Assembly (NCBI GenBank): GCA_032718475.1
Contig: JAUCBJ010007043.1
Location: 124,001 to 188,000, forward strand
Source of the DNA: Nemertoderma westbladi
Taxonomy: Eukaryota; Animalia; Xenacoelomorpha
Direction of reading: 5' to 3'
DNA length: 64,000 nucleotides
The position numbers were made by a program, and so were the translations under genes. The notes below the pieces were generated by a model that was not told where the DNA came from, did no database searches, and worked only from the letters and a program-made list of their open reading frames with translations. This document shows, in pieces, positions 12,419-26,800 of the stretch. The first letter of the stretch is position 1. Each line of letters begins with the position of its first letter.

Positions 12419-15400
12419 ATGGCTGACGCAAAGCAAACTCTGTCAGATAGTCTCTTAGAAACAACAGTCTGCGACTCCGACAGGAGTACCGAACTTTTGA
12501 GACCGAAGTTCAAGTCCCCTCCTACTGTAAGAAAGGTCATCCCTCCAGTAGTAGTATCAGACCCTAGGCTAGTAAAGCACCGTAGGTCTATCATAGGCAC
12601 TCGGGCTCAAGTCAAGCGGGACCAAGAGGCAGCTGTTAAACAGCAGCAACACTCAAACCAAGAACTTATTTCTCAGCGGCCCGATAGCTCCAGTAGTTCA
12701 GATACTGTAGAGTTGACACCCGAGAGCGGAGCAAAGATGGCAGATGCAGTTTATTCGGATCCACTTCTCGTTCTTCCTGAAGACGTACTCACTAGAGTAT
12801 TGATTGTGGTGGAGGAACATCAAATCGATTGGGCGAGAAATAAGCGATCGACCAAGGACAGTTATGCGGGATACACAAGGGAGGAACTAAAGTCTATTGT
12901 CGAGACGCAATGGAACTTCCCCGGACCCGGACTCCCGTTTAACTTATCTGAAGCTGCCTGGGAAGACTTATACAGGATGGGAGTGGCAAGGGACACTAGA
13001 GATCCAGCTGTGTGGAAGAGGTCGGCAGCCGGATATGTACAGGGATTCTTCAGCTCTTTGGAGTGAACAGAGCTTTTAGAGGAACAACTGTTCCAACGAC
13101 CCAAGGGACCTCAAGAGCAGGGAAAGCTGCTTTATCAAGTTCGAGAACGAATCCTAAGAATCAGACTAATCCTTTCAGCCTATGAGGAAGCCTCGAAGAG
13201 AAGTCAAGACACGTTGTTGCAAGTTGCCGTAAAGACTTGGTTCCAACGGGTGAGTCTTAAAGTCCAAGAGACGACCCAATGGAAAATTCAGCTAACTGAG
13301 TGTCCGACCCAAGGAGAATCAACAGACGCTACCTTTTCTCAGGTGGAAAGCGAAGCGACATCAGAGAAACCTCAGAAGAAGGACGCCATTGACATTTATC
13401 TGTCAGACTATCAACGATTTATAAGTGACAAAGAGTTAAGGAGACGGCTTCCTGGACTTCATCCTAATAGTGAGGGAGCCAAATTTTTACTAGACTCGTT
13501 AGATGCGGAAAGGTTAGCAGCGAATCGAGCTAAATTTGATGAAAGAATCCGCATCGTTAGGGTCCAAGAAGAACAACTAAAGAAAAAACAGATAGAAGAC
13601 AGACAGGAAGCAGCAGCGGCAGCGATAGAGGCTGAAAGAAAAGCGGCAGCAGCAGCTGCAGAAGCGGAAAGAAAAGCGACAGCAGCAGCTGCAGAAGTGG
13701 AAAGAAAGGCGGCATTGGCGGTGGCGGAAACAAAACAGAGAGCATCTGAAGAGGCAACCCAATTAGAGTTGGAAAATCTTCAAGAGAAGCAAGTGTACTT
13801 AAATAAACAGATAACAGCTAGTGATATGCAGCTGATAAGTCTATCTACTCCTAAGAGACAAGGATTTACATCATCTGATGAAGGCGATACGACAGATCCT
13901 GAAGGTGGAGGAAATAGATCTCGTTACTACAGACGTAGAAGAACGCCCCACCGTCAGCAATTGCCTAATTTGCCTCCAGCCGTGAGAAGGCAACTAGCTA
14001 GTGTAGATCCAAGTAATCCTGAGCCTTCACATCAAATTATTAGAGTAGAAAGACTCCCTACCATAGTAGATGAGCCTGAAATAATTAGGCCTGTTCTCGA
14101 AGCCACCCCTTCAGTGATGGAGACACCTGTACTTCCAGAACCTACCTCTAAATTCCCTTTGCACAGTACTAAATTACTTGTGCCCCATAAAATAGCCGCA
14201 GAAACAGTCCCAGTTTTGGACGCCGAGCGAGACATCAACGATTTATCGCCCGTCTTCCCTCGTCTACCTGCTACTATGTTGGCGGCTCCCATTTCGGCGG
14301 TCGAGTGGGTAGATGAGGGACGGCGGGGGATAGATCTCCTGCTCGGACAATTGGAGTAACAGCGCTTACGTTCCTCCCAGCACGTCCGAGAAATGGAAGG
14401 GACTGTGCAGCAGTTAAAGGGAACAGTAAGAGAGGGTAGGTTAGAACTGCAAGAAGTGCAGCAGAGTATCGCGTTAGAACGCAATAAATTAGTAAATATA
14501 CAAAGGGGTATAACACCACCCCCTGTAACAATGTGTCAACCTGTTAGGTCTGAAGTATTTCAAGCGCAAGGTGTGGAGCCTACACGCATCTATACGGCTA
14601 GTGAAGTAGAAACTCCTATAGTAAACCCTATTAAGGGTAACGATAAACCTGTTGATAATGATATTCCATATAGACCTGATCATAATCCGAGAAATTTATA
14701 TACCGATAGCTCGATATTAAATAATACGATAGCCCAAGAAAGTTTTACGCGTCAAATGGCTAGAACCGAAGCCCGTCAAGCGGTAAAGGTGGGAGAGATC
14801 GTCAAGTTCAACGGAGGAGATGAGATGAAATGGTTACCTTTTAATGAATATTATAAAGATAACATACAGAACTCTGTGCTATCTAACGGCGAGAAACTTA
14901 GATTCCTCATTGAGTGCTTGGAAGGATCTCCCAAGTTAATGGCGTTAAAGTTTATTGGTCATCCAGATGGATTAAGACAAGTTTGGGATATACTAAACAT
15001 CAGGTATGGTAATAGGAATAACATAGCTAGGTATTTGTATGCGAAATTGGTAGCGCCCCGAAAGTTTCTTAGCAGCGGGATTATAGAATTTTCCGATGAG
15101 ATCCAGGAGATCTGTAGATAATTAGATTGGCTAGGTAAGTCTCATGAATATCAGAGTTCTATGGTTATTGGAGCTGTAGCATCTACCTTGCCAAAGGGTG
15201 GAGTAGGTACTCGTTGGGACAAAAGAGTTTTATATATGATGGAACAACAATGAAGAGACCCTACCATGGCTGATCTCATGTCATTCTTAGATGGACAGGT
15301 AAAATTACAGCTCCTAAAGCAGTCCCGAGAGAAGACACCGGAAAATAAGGTAAGTGAAAAACCCGTTTCTAGGAGAAAAGTGACACCAGTGTGTTATACA

Positions 15401-17892
15401 GATGACGGCGAAAGCCAGACCTCTCAAGAGGAGAACAGCGGGAAAGACACCGACAGATCTTATTATGTCAACAAAGCACCTAAAGACGTAAGTAAATTTA
15501 AGTCTCGAACAAGTGACAGGGGAGAACAGGTAACAAAAACTCCTCCTACGTCTCCTAAGAGAATTCATGGAAGAAAGCCCGAGGAAAGAACAAGTGTGCA
15601 CAACACTACCCAAGGTAAAGTAAGTAACATCAAACCCAAATGTGCGTTGTGCGACGGGCCCCATCGCTTGAGTGGATGTGATGAATTCTTGAAGAAGTCA
15701 CTAAAGGACAGACGTGACGTCATGTGGGATAAGCGGTTGTGTTATAATTGTCTCAGACAAGGACACCAACGGAGAACTTGTTACTCAGACGCGAGGTGTG
15801 CTAAGTGCGGCACAAAACATCATATCTTGCTGCACGCAGAGTTTGAAAGAACTAGCCCGAGTCAGGTAAGTGAGTCCGAACTACATGTCCAATTCAGTGA
15901 TGTGAACGACACTGACCAAAGTTCTGAGATGGAAGGATTCTACACGGATGAATTTTCCGACAAAAACGAATCCTGTTATCTAATAAACACCGCAGTGTAT
16001 TGAGCACTTACGTATGAGACCGAAACTGATAGTGAGCTCCCCCTAACTATTCCTGACCGAAAACCATCTTGGAAAGCGCCAACTTCCAACGTAGGAATCC
16101 GAGAATTTCCCGTAGTGCAGTTGAGAGTCCACGGGTTAAAACAGAGCTATATAGTGAACGCCCTCCTTGACTCCGGCAGCACAGGAACATTCATCGACAA
16201 AGAACTAGCCGAAGACATCTTTGCTGGACAACCCAAGTTCCGAACTAAGTTAAACCTTTCAGGAATTATGCAGGTTTGGAAATCTACAGTAGCTACAGAC
16301 TACTATGTAGGAGCGTTGTCCACCCCCCAGGATGAACTAGGAAAACACAGTATAAGGTCAGTAAAAATGGTGGCGATAAAGAACTTTGCTACCAGCCAAG
16401 TGGAACCTTATAACTGGGAGGAAGACGATTTCACCCAGCGGCATGAAATACCTAGATTTAACACCGACTACCCAGGGGTACAAATACTCATCGGCCAAAA
16501 TGCGCATGAGGCGCTTGAGACATTAGAGAAACGGCCTGCTCAACCGCAACCACTGCAAACCTATGCGGGAAGAACTAGGGTAGGTTGGTACTTTACTGGA
16601 CCTTCCCGTAGGACTCTCATGGAAAGGCTACCTAAAGAGCAAGTCTACCAGGTGAGTGAATGGGAAGGGGAAATCAGTGAGGGAGACGACACACCTGAGG
16701 GAACACCATACTCCTCAGACAAGGACGATATTCATCAACTATTCGATGAGGAGAATACCATCGACCTCCTTACGGAAAGTGAAACTTGGCAAAACCAAGT
16801 GAACCTGTGTCACCTCATCCATCCAGCGGGACAAGTCGATTACAACGACAAACTGAATGAAGTGATAGATCGTTACAACGCGAAGACTCGCGATGAACAC
16901 GCCGTACGATTTTTCACTCAAGAGGCTGTAGAGCCTAATTCCTACGATAAGGCCTTATCGGTAGAAGAAGAAAGAGCCAAGCAGATCCAGGCAATGACTA
17001 CACGTTTCCTTAGGGATCAAGGGAGGTATGAAATTGGTCTGCCATTTTGAAAGCAAGAACCTAATTTTATAAACAACCGACCCTTGGCGGAGAAGAGAAT
17101 TGCGCAACTACATCGACGCCTTACGGCAAATGCTTCAGCTAAGGAGATGTACAAAACCCAGTTGAAGAAATTCATTGACAAGGGATACGCGGAGCGAGTA
17201 CCGGAAAAAACACCCATAACTGAGAGAACGTACTATTTAACACATCATTACGTTCCCAAACCCGGTAAACCCAACGAAGTCTGGGTAGTATTTGACGGCT
17301 CCGCCCTCTACATGGGCCAATCCCTTAACTCCGAGTTGTTGCCGGGACCCAACTTACTCCAATCCTTGTTGGGAATACTCTTAAGATTACGACAATATTC
17401 GATCACTTTCGCCTCCGATATAGAAGGCATGTTCTTACAAGTTAAGACTCTGGATAAGGATCGGGACAGCCTACGATTTCTGTGGTGGCCTGAAGGAGAT
17501 CTCAACCAGAAACCAGTGGAGTACTGGATGACCATCCAGGCTTTTGGGATCATCTCGAGCCCTTCAAACGCCTGCTCAGTAGTGCGCACCACTGCTGATG
17601 ACAACCGGGACGCCTTCTCCAAAGAGGTTATTGACAACATCAAACAGGATATATACATGGACAACAATTTAAAGTCCCTCCCATTGGTGGAAGAAGCCAT
17701 TGACGTCGCCAAAGGGACGGTAGAGTGCTTGAAAAGAGGTGGATTTCGATTAACTAAATTCACCAGTAACTCCCGTGAGTTTCTGGAATCGATTCCGGTA
17801 GAAGACCGAGGAGTGAAAGATCTAGACCTAATCAAGGACGATCTTCCAGAAACCAAGACTCTTGGTTTGAAATGGGACACAGAGAGAGATAT
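12419..17892 (+). pseudogene. BEL/Pao gag-pol of copy A1 (gag with DUF1759-like region and triple Cys/His knuckles, aspartic protease, RT), truncated by insertion of A2
   Basis: Six ORF-track pieces all in one frame, separated only by stops; CALCDGPH..C, CYNCLRQGH..C, CAKCGTKHHILLH; ALLDSGS; YYLTHH, GPNLL, SDIEGMF, YMDN, TLGLKWD. Confidence 0.92.
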
Positions 17893-20614
17893 TGTTTGCG
17901 CTTTTAAAGACCTTTGACAGTTTAACCTGCCAAAATTAGAATGTCTTTTGGATGATAGATAGTCTTTAGCCTATGACGAGTATTTGATACACTACATTAG
18001 CCGAAGCAAGTCTATGCGCAATCATTCACCCGTTGGATATACCCGGGAGACTGAGTTCGGGGCTTAACCCTATTAAACCCGGGGGGGGTCAATATGACCC
18101 CCCCCGTGGTTTTTTTATTATAATTCTGAAACAAACGCAGTTGGGAATCTGAAATTTTATGACTTTTCCTAAAAATCTATTGTCTTCCTAGTAGTGAAAA
18201 CCGTTTTCAAAAATATTGGGTACTTTTCGAGTTATAGCACCATTTTTTAACCCTACTTTTGGCACTTTTTTTGAGACGTTTTTTGAAAATTACATTTCAT
18301 TAAATATGAATTGTAACATCTCTATTTTTGATTTACACCGGTTTTTTGGTGTTAGAAATTTGATGGAATTCATATAAATTGATTTAGAAATTTCAAACTT
18401 GTTTTTTTCGGTGGGTGCCAAATTTTGGTGCCAGCACCAAATTTTGAATTATGTCAATTTTGTAAATTGATTGTTTGAAACTTGTTTTTTACGCAATTGG
18501 GGTTTTTTGGGGTTCTGGATTCGATGAAATATATACGAGTTGCACCAAGCGTATCAAACTTGTATTTTTCGGTGCTGTGTGCAAATTTTGGTGCTAGCAC
18601 GAAATTTTGAAAATTCATTCGATAGATAAAATTGCTTGTGACAATTTATTTCTTGCGTTTTAGAGGTTTATAGCTGTTCTGAATTCAATAGAATAAATAA
18701 TTATCGAACTAGACATCTCAAACTTGTATTTTTCGGATGTGGGTGCAAAATGTGGTGCTAGCACCAAATTTTGAAAAACATCAAATATATCAATTGATTG
18801 TGTCACCTTGTTTCTTGCGTTATACGGGTTTGTGATGGTTCTGAATTCAATGGAATCAGTAAAAATTTCATAAGAGTTCTCAAACTGGTATTTTTCGCCA
18901 GTGGGTGAAAGTTGTTGTGCCAGCACCAAATTTTGGAAAATATGCAAATTTATCAGTAGATAGTATCACCTTGTTTCTTGCGTTATACGGGTTTATGAGG
19001 GTCCTGAATCCGATGGAATCCATAAAAACAGCACTGGACATCGCAAACTTGTACTTTTTGGTGATGGGTACGAAATTTGGTGCTAGCACCAAAATTTGCC
19101 AAATTACGCCGAAAAATACAAGTATCAATGATCTGGCATATTAGAAATGTATTCCATTAGAATCAGCGCCCTCGAAAACCTGAAAATGTGAATTTATAGC
19201 ATCGTATAAGTGAATTAAAAATTTTGTGTTCTACCTGAAAAGTGCTGGTTACTTGTTTTTTTCATTTTTTTCCTACGCAGAGAGGACTAAACGGCCATTT
19301 ATAGTAATCATATCATTTTTAAATATTTTCCAATGTTTTTTGCACCCTAGAAAACCTGTATTGAAAAATAATTAGCCGAAAATGTAACTTTCAAATTTTA
19401 TGAAAATTGTGCACTACTTGTAATTTTGGTGCTGCAATTTAACCACCCCAGTACATTTTTTCGAAAATTTTTTTTTTCGGTCGGATCCAGACAAGTGATA
19501 CCTACGTACAAACAAAAAATCAGACGTTTTCGTAAATATTTGTAGATTTTAGAGGGGGGGGTCAATATGACCCCCTCCCGGTATTTGTACAGCATTTTAT
19601 AGCCCGGTACTAATAGGGTTAATGATTGATGGTGTAAGCCTACTGTATTATTCGACTGATCGTAATATATAATCTCTGACAAATATTATTCACTTTCGGG
19701 AAATATTAACAGTTCCTTTAGGACGTGGCGCTCTAAATATATAAACAGAGTTATGACTTAAACTAGACACAACGAAAAGGCTATAGATTCACGTATATGG
19801 CACATTCTTTAGGAGATGTTTTGTTATCAGTTACACTCATACACAATGCTGCACAATACTGCACACTAATCTGCCGACCTTCACTAAATTTGGTCACGTA
19901 TAAAGAGAGCAACAGACAATTTATGTTGGGCATATGAAATAGCATTAGATTCACTTCAAACCACTCAACATAGGTCGCAATCGTTTATCCGTAACCGGTC
20001 TCTCTAACCTTTAGTATATCAAGAAGGTGGGGTGTCTGACTATTGATCAGTATTCCGATATAATATTTCATCAACCAATATAATGAATAACCGACAGTAA
20101 AAGCAGTAATATTAATGTATAAATGATTATTAAGTGAATGAGTTAACTTGTGTAACTCGTGATAACAGATATACGTTCTATAATTGAGCCTACTAATGTA
20201 AGACTAAAGACTGAAAACACGGAGGTGCCAAAAGCCGGTTCTTAGGCTCTGGGCAAAAACACAACACTGAACTACTGAGTTTCTGTATACACCTCCAACA
20301 CAGAGACAACAAACGCTCTGATTGGTCAACCGAACAACGAGAGAACAAAGAAACAAAGAAACGTCGACGTGGCAATATCAGCTGTTAGCCGTCGTCATGG
20401 TAGCGACACTGTTTTCAAGAGTATCCAGCTTATCGCGTCACGAGATTGTGGATTATGTCCTCTAAAGTACAAATACAGTACAAATACAGAAGAAATGACT
20501 TTTATGTCCTCTAAAACACCAGTACAGCAAGGACACGGCCTTTTTATGCCTGGCAAAGCAACTACAGAGTACTTTAAGGGAAAATAACCGGTTAATGACG
20601 CAAAAGCTTTTACA
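17893..20614 (-). repeat. 3' LTR of A2, interrupted by a piggyBac-like element
   Basis: PPT GGGAGCGG then TGTAAA at 20614; ends GCGCAAACA at 17893; ~1.17 kb once the insertion is removed. Confidence 0.9.
18068..19618. mobile_element. Non-autonomous piggyBac-like DNA transposon with internal ~163 bp tandem repeats
   Basis: TTAA target duplication (18064-18067, 19619-19622); TIRs CCCTATTA..CCGGG; subterminal GGGGGGGTCAATATGACCCCC at both ends; GGTGCTAGCACCAAATTTTG-like unit at ~18427, 18590, 18752, 18915, 19078; removing it restores the LTR. Confidence 0.88.
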
Positions 20615-20689
20615 CCGCTCCCAGAAAATGGGATTTAAGTCTATAAAATATAACAATCACAGTTTCTAAAATATAAAGATACTCTAAAC

Positions 20690-22240
20690 AGTTAGTCTTT
20701 CTTACGCAGACGGCGTTTACGCAGTTTTTGAGGCTAGCAAGAGTCCTTTTATCTTTGGGGCGAGCCACTTTACTAGGAGGGCTATAAATCCTGGGTGAAG
20801 GGTGCAATATGATTGCATCAGAAGGTGTAGGATTATGGTCGGGGTATCCGCCGTTTCGATATGCTTCTCCTCGAGCTGATTTTCCTCCGCTCATAGCTGG
20901 ATACGTTCATCCAAAAACTCTCGCAGAGAATGGGGTTGTCTAAGTTCGATATCTTCTTAGAGATTCTGGATTTCACAATCGAACTGAGATAAAGACAATT
21001 CGTTTATCGCTTGGACTTGCTGTTACAACTTATGTTTATCTGAACAAACGCAGGTTTCCTTTCTGATCTTTGCAGAATAGCGTTTAACTCGTTTGGTACA
21101 ACATTCTCCGCCACTTTAGTGACAGGTTATATCGTGTTAAGCCGGGACGGGACGATGGTAAGGGTTAAACGGCGATATTAAATGTCCCAATCCGGCTAGG
21201 TAGAATGGGCTAGTATCTAGGAAGCCCACAACTGGGGTGCCACCGACTAATTGTTCAGGTAACACTAGATCTTTGAGCAGTGAGTACAGCTCGGGAGGAT
21301 CCGTCATACTAATAGGATTAAATCAAGAGTCTGAAGTCTCACTGGGGAATGAGGAGTTCTGATCGAGTATTCCGAAACTCTGATCATTGGTTTATTTAAG
21401 GATCGTCTGAGTCGAACGAGCGTAGGTGATACATCAAACACGTTTCGCTCGAAACTCCCGCAAGTATAGCGAGTAAAACCGTGTTTAAAGCAACGTCTCC
21501 GCGGATGTTTATGTCTTTCCGTTTGTTGGTTGGGTCTTGGGCATTCCTCGCAATAATACCAAAAACGCACGTCTTGTAGGGGAAACTCGAGTGATCTTTC
21601 TCCAGTTCACAATACTCCTCCATCCGTTCGAAGCTATCCGGTGCAACAGGCAGCGGTCGATCCGCGGTAAGATACATCATAGTGGAATAGAGCCGTTTGA
21701 GTTCTACCATGCGGTCATGATGTATACCTTGAGGATATCGAGTTTCTAGATTCTGTTGACTGGTAATATCGAGATAGGTTTCTCTCAAGCATTCCAGGTA
21801 TTTGGTGGAGTCGCTGCGTTTATCCGGCTCTTCGACATCTGCACTTTCGAGTCGGTTTCGAATATAATTTTCGTGTTCGAGTCTCAGTTTATCGTTCCGC
21901 TTCCGCTGGGTATGATATTTAAATAAAACCATTTCCCTTTCGGTGTCTATATCGTCTGTATCGTGTAGGTCGATAGGACGACCAGTAGTTAAGAAGTCCA
22001 CATACGTACCATTACGATGCGTATAGCGAGCGGTGAATTTTCTATAGTCCAACTCACGCGTGAGCTTCTCTTGGGACATTGGCGGTTTGATATAACGACC
22101 ATCGTCCTCCGCAGCAGTTGGACCAGCGTCGCCGCGTATCAAGCTATCAACAAACGCTTGTAAAGGTAGAGTATATCGCTCCCTGATACCAAGATCATCT
22201 TCTATCAACTCAATCATATCTGCTATATAAGTTTATCCAT
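20690..22240 (-). pseudogene. 3' accessory ORF of A2 (variant 2, unknown function; main intact piece 21396-22217)
   Basis: Lies between pol and PPT in the element's sense orientation; also present in A0; ends in the same C-terminal peptide as ORF 27280-29299. Confidence 0.7.
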
Positions 22241-23055
22241 ATTATAATGAGTTCATATTTAGGCGAGCGGGCGTCGCTGCCTACCCCTATCTGCCCCCGG
22301 ACAGTGCGAGATCCTCAGCGCTGGTGTACTTTCGCCGATGTGCCTATCGCCAACGTCGTAGCTGCACAACGACTACAACAACCAGCACAAGCCACTCCAC
22401 CGTCCGTCCCAAAGGCTTAGATATACTTCAGGTTCTTACTGGAGAGTTAGGGTTACTTTCACAATTGCGACTCGCTACTGTAAACACACCTTAGTAGTAA
22501 CATTCACCTACAAACGCACAAATTCCACGTAACAGTCACAAATGGTACACATTCCATCACACATTCGGGTCATTTGTCCGTTAGTCAAGTGCCTTCCAGA
22601 ATGTCACGTTGTTATTATGTATCCTTGGATACTAGCTGTGTGCTATTTATTCCGTATGCTATTCAATACGCAAGCCCTTTATTGTTCTTTTAACTCACTT
22701 CTAATTCTAGCGTGGTTGTTGCCATGGTGACATTATGGAAAGCTAGCGGTAGAATTAGGGTAATTCTCATGCATACAGATCTGGGATGCTATTTAATAGT
22801 AATTCTTTAATGGTCAATATCCCCTTTATACATGATTCTATGAATTTTATCGGCTATTGACTATACATTGGAGATTCTCGCACACAAATACACTTAATAG
22901 AGTGAATCTCCGCTCCCATGATCTATTAATTAATGGAATTTTGGGAATGTTATAAATTGTACAAAATGACAATTTATTAAATTCATTAAAAGGCATGAAT
23001 TTAAATTTATTCCCTGAAATTTTATTATTTGATAATTAAATTGACATGTTTTGAT

Positions 23056-23331
23056 TCTAGAACATGTCTGGGGACACAAGATCCTTAATTCTATGAAAAT
23101 TGTCCTTTTAAGAATATCGGTAAGTGCTACGATATCTTAATCGACTAGAATTGTTGAAGGATCTGAATTTTACAGATTTTGATTTATAGATTTGTAAATA
23201 TTAAATAATTAATATTTGAGATGGGCACCAATTTATTCCAGAACTTGTCTGGGGACGTTAACCACTGATTCTAGAATTTTGTCTTTCAAGTATATCGGTG
23301 GGTGCCGCGATATCTTAATCGACTAGAATTG
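23056..23331. repeat. Two diverged ~96 bp direct repeats in the A2 pol-accessory spacer
   Basis: AGAAC.TGTCTGGGGAC...CGATATCTTAATCGACTAGAATTG at ~23056 and ~23236. Confidence 0.8.
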
Positions 23332-23878
23332 CAGATGGTTAAAGGGTTTAACAGATTTATTTTGCGTTATACGCTACTGTTAAAGGGACATCACGCTACT
23401 ATATGTATTATTTAATATACGGTATGAGAGCAATATCGCACGAAGCAATGTCAGTGTGAAGAGGCAAGTCGTTTCCAAGGTCTACCCAGAGCTTGGTTTA
23501 GCCGAGACACAAGGATCGGAACTTTGCATTCCTAATACTCTGCCTACCAATAATACTTGAATATAGTAGTGGCTTTATTGTACTTTAATAAGTACGGATA
23601 TTTCATCTTACTGTAGTCACGTATTTATAATATGATACGGGCAGTAAGGAAAGAGAAAAAGAATTATTTCTCGCCGTCGCACTAAATATATAATATACGT
23701 AATTAAATAATAAACGCGAATATATATTGCACTAATCTACTAAATAATCTCTAAAATACCATACTACTAAATAAAATTAAATAAAACGATTAAAATAAAA
23801 TTACATAATAATACATACATAAATATAAAAATAAAACAAATACAAAATAATAGAGTCACACACCCACTCCATATGTTG

Positions 23879-26800
23879 TTACGTTATGGAGTCCCTAGAT
23901 GTTTGAAGGATTAGGGAGGTGGTCGTGGGAAGAGAATCTTGCCTTCCACAGTTTCCGGAGAGTCCTCCATTCCCTTCCGGTAAACACAAACGACCGACTG
24001 GGTGATTGAGTCGCTGCATCCCGAATACAATTCCAGGTTTCCTCTTCGTCCTGGAATAGTGACGATAGAAACATCGCTCTAGGTACACGACGGCCTTACA
24101 AAGCCGATTCCAGGAGCTATAGTGGTCCGTCGCTCCCTGCAGGAGAGGTGAGAGTCCCTGCGAGACGTCTGATGTTCCAGAGTTCCAATCGCTCTCTCTG
24201 ATCTTCATGAAGGATCCACTCGCGGTGGGGAGGTCCAGATCCACGGCGTCGTCCCTGGCAATATGTAATACCGACAGATCTATCCCGGGTTCAAATAACT
24301 CCGATCCACCCGTCCGGGTTTTAGGTTTGACTTTCTCCGCTCCCTTGGCTGGTCTAATCTCAGTCGGAGTAAGATGGGGAGGCCATTCATCCTCCTTACT
24401 CAGGAAGTCGGGTTCACCTAACCGGTCTGTAGTATCTGTCAGTTCTTGAGGAGTTGCTCCTCTGGAAGCGATGTCAGTTGGATTAAACTTCTTGGGGCAA
24501 TATCTCCATTGATCTACATTGGAGCTAATATCGTCATTATCTGAGGAGTATGGTGTTCCCTCAGTTGGGTCGTCTCCCTCACTAGTATCATCTTCCCATT
24601 CACTCACCTGGCAGACGCGATCTTGAAGCAGTCTTTCTCTGAGCGTTCTTCGGGAAGGTCCAGTAAGGTACCAACCTACTCTAGTTCTTACCGCATAGGT
24701 CTGAAGTGGTTGCGGTTGAGCAGGTCGTTTCTCCAATGTCTCCAGCGCCTCATGCGCGTTTTGACCGATTAATATTTGTACTCCAGGATAATCGGTGTCG
24801 AATCTAGGAATGTTAAGTTGTTGGGCATGATCATCTTCGTCCCAATTATAAGGTTCCACTTGGGTGGTAGCGAAGTTCTTTATTGCCACCATCTTGACTG
24901 ACCTTATACTGTGTTCTCCTAGTTTATCCTGTGGAGTGGACAACTCACCTATATAATAGTCGGCAGCCACAGCAGATTTCCAAACCTGCATGATCCCTGA
25001 CATGTTTAGCTTGGTTCGGAACTTGGGTTGTCCAGCGAAGATGTCTTCGGCTAGTTCTTTATCGATGAATGTTCCTGTGCTGCCGGAGTCCAGGAGGGCG
25101 TTCACTATATAGCTCTTCTGAGGTCCGTGGACCCGCAACTGGACTACAGGAAATTCTCGGATTCCTACATTTGAAGTTGGCGCTTTCCAAGATTGTTGTT
25201 GATCTGAAGTAGTTAGGGTGAGGTCGCTGTCTGTGTCTTTCTCATACATGAGTGCTCGATACACTGCGGTGGTGTTTATTAAGTAACAGGATTCGTTTTG
25301 GTCGGAGAATTCGTCCGTATAGAATCCTTCCATCTCAGAACTTTGGTCAGTGTCGTTCACATCACTGAATTGGACATGTAGTTGTTCGGACTCACTTACC
25401 TGACTAGGGCTGCTTCGTTCGAATTCAGTGTGCAACAAGATATGATGTTTTGCACCGCACTTGGCACACCTTGCGTCGGAGTAACAGGTTCGCCGTTGGT
25501 GTCCTCGTCTGAGGCAATTATATCACAACCGCTTATCCCACATGACTTCCCGTCTCTCTTTTAATGATTTCTTTAAGAATTCATCGCACATATTCAAGCG
25601 GTGGGACCCGTCGCACAGCACACATTTGGGCTTGATGTTACTTACTTTAACATGTGCTGTGTGGTGCACGTTCGTTCTTTCCTCGGGCTTTCTCACCTGA
25701 ATTCTCTTGGGAGACGTAGGAGGAGTTTTTCTTACCTGTTCTCTCCTGTCATTGGTTCGAGACTTGAATTTACTTACCTGGTCTTTAGGCGTTTTATTGA
25801 CATAATAAGATCTTTCAGTGTCTTTCCCGCTATCCTCTCCTTGAGAAGTCTGGCTTTCGCCGTCGTCTGTATAACACACTGGTGTTACCCTTCTCCTAGA
25901 AACGGGTTTCTCACTTACCTTGTTTTCCAGTGTCTTCTCTCTGGACTGTCTTAGGAGCTGTAATTTCACTTCTCCATCTAAGAATGACATGAGATCAGCC
26001 ATGGTAGGGTCTCGTCGTTGTTGTTCCATCATATATAACACTTTCTTATCCCAGCGTGTACCTACTCCACCCTTCGGTAAAGTAGAAGCCACTGCTCTAA
26101 TAACCATAGTATTCTGATACTCATGAGACTTACCTAGCCAATCTAATTGTCTGCAGATCTCCTGAATCTCATCGGAAAACTCTATAATTCCGCTGCTAAT
26201 AAACTTTCGGGGCGCTACCAACTTTGCATACAAATACCCAGCTATGTTATTCCTATTACCATACCTGATGTTTAGTGTATCCCAAACTTGTCTTAATCCG
26301 TCTGGATGTCCAATAAACTTTAACGCCATTAACTTGGGAGATCCTTCCAAGCACTCGATGAGGAATCTAAGTTTCTCTCCATTAGATAGGACAGAGTTCT
26401 GTATGTTATCTTTGTAATATTCATTAAAAGGTAACCATTTCATCTCATCTCCATTGAACTTGACGATCTCTCCCACCTTTACCGCTTGCCGGGCTTCGGT
26501 TCTAGCCATTTGACGCGTAAAACTTTCTTGGGCCATCGTGTTACTTAATATCGAGTTATCGGTATATAAATTTCTCGGATTATGATCCGGTCTATAGGGA
26601 ATATCATTATCAACAGGTCTATAATTACCCTTAATAGGGTTCACTATAGGAGTTTCTACTTCGCTAGCAGTATAGATGCGTGTAGGCTCCACACCTTGCG
26701 CATGAGATACTTCAGACCTAACAGGTTGACACATTGTTACAAGGGGTGGTGGTATACCCTTTTGTAAATTTACTAATTTATCACGTTCTAGCGCGATATT

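Noticed and set aside
18400-19110. Palindromic repeats at regular spacing resembling a CRISPR array
   Set aside because: The intervening sequences are homologous to each other (tandem ~163 bp units), the context is eukaryotic, and there are no cas genes
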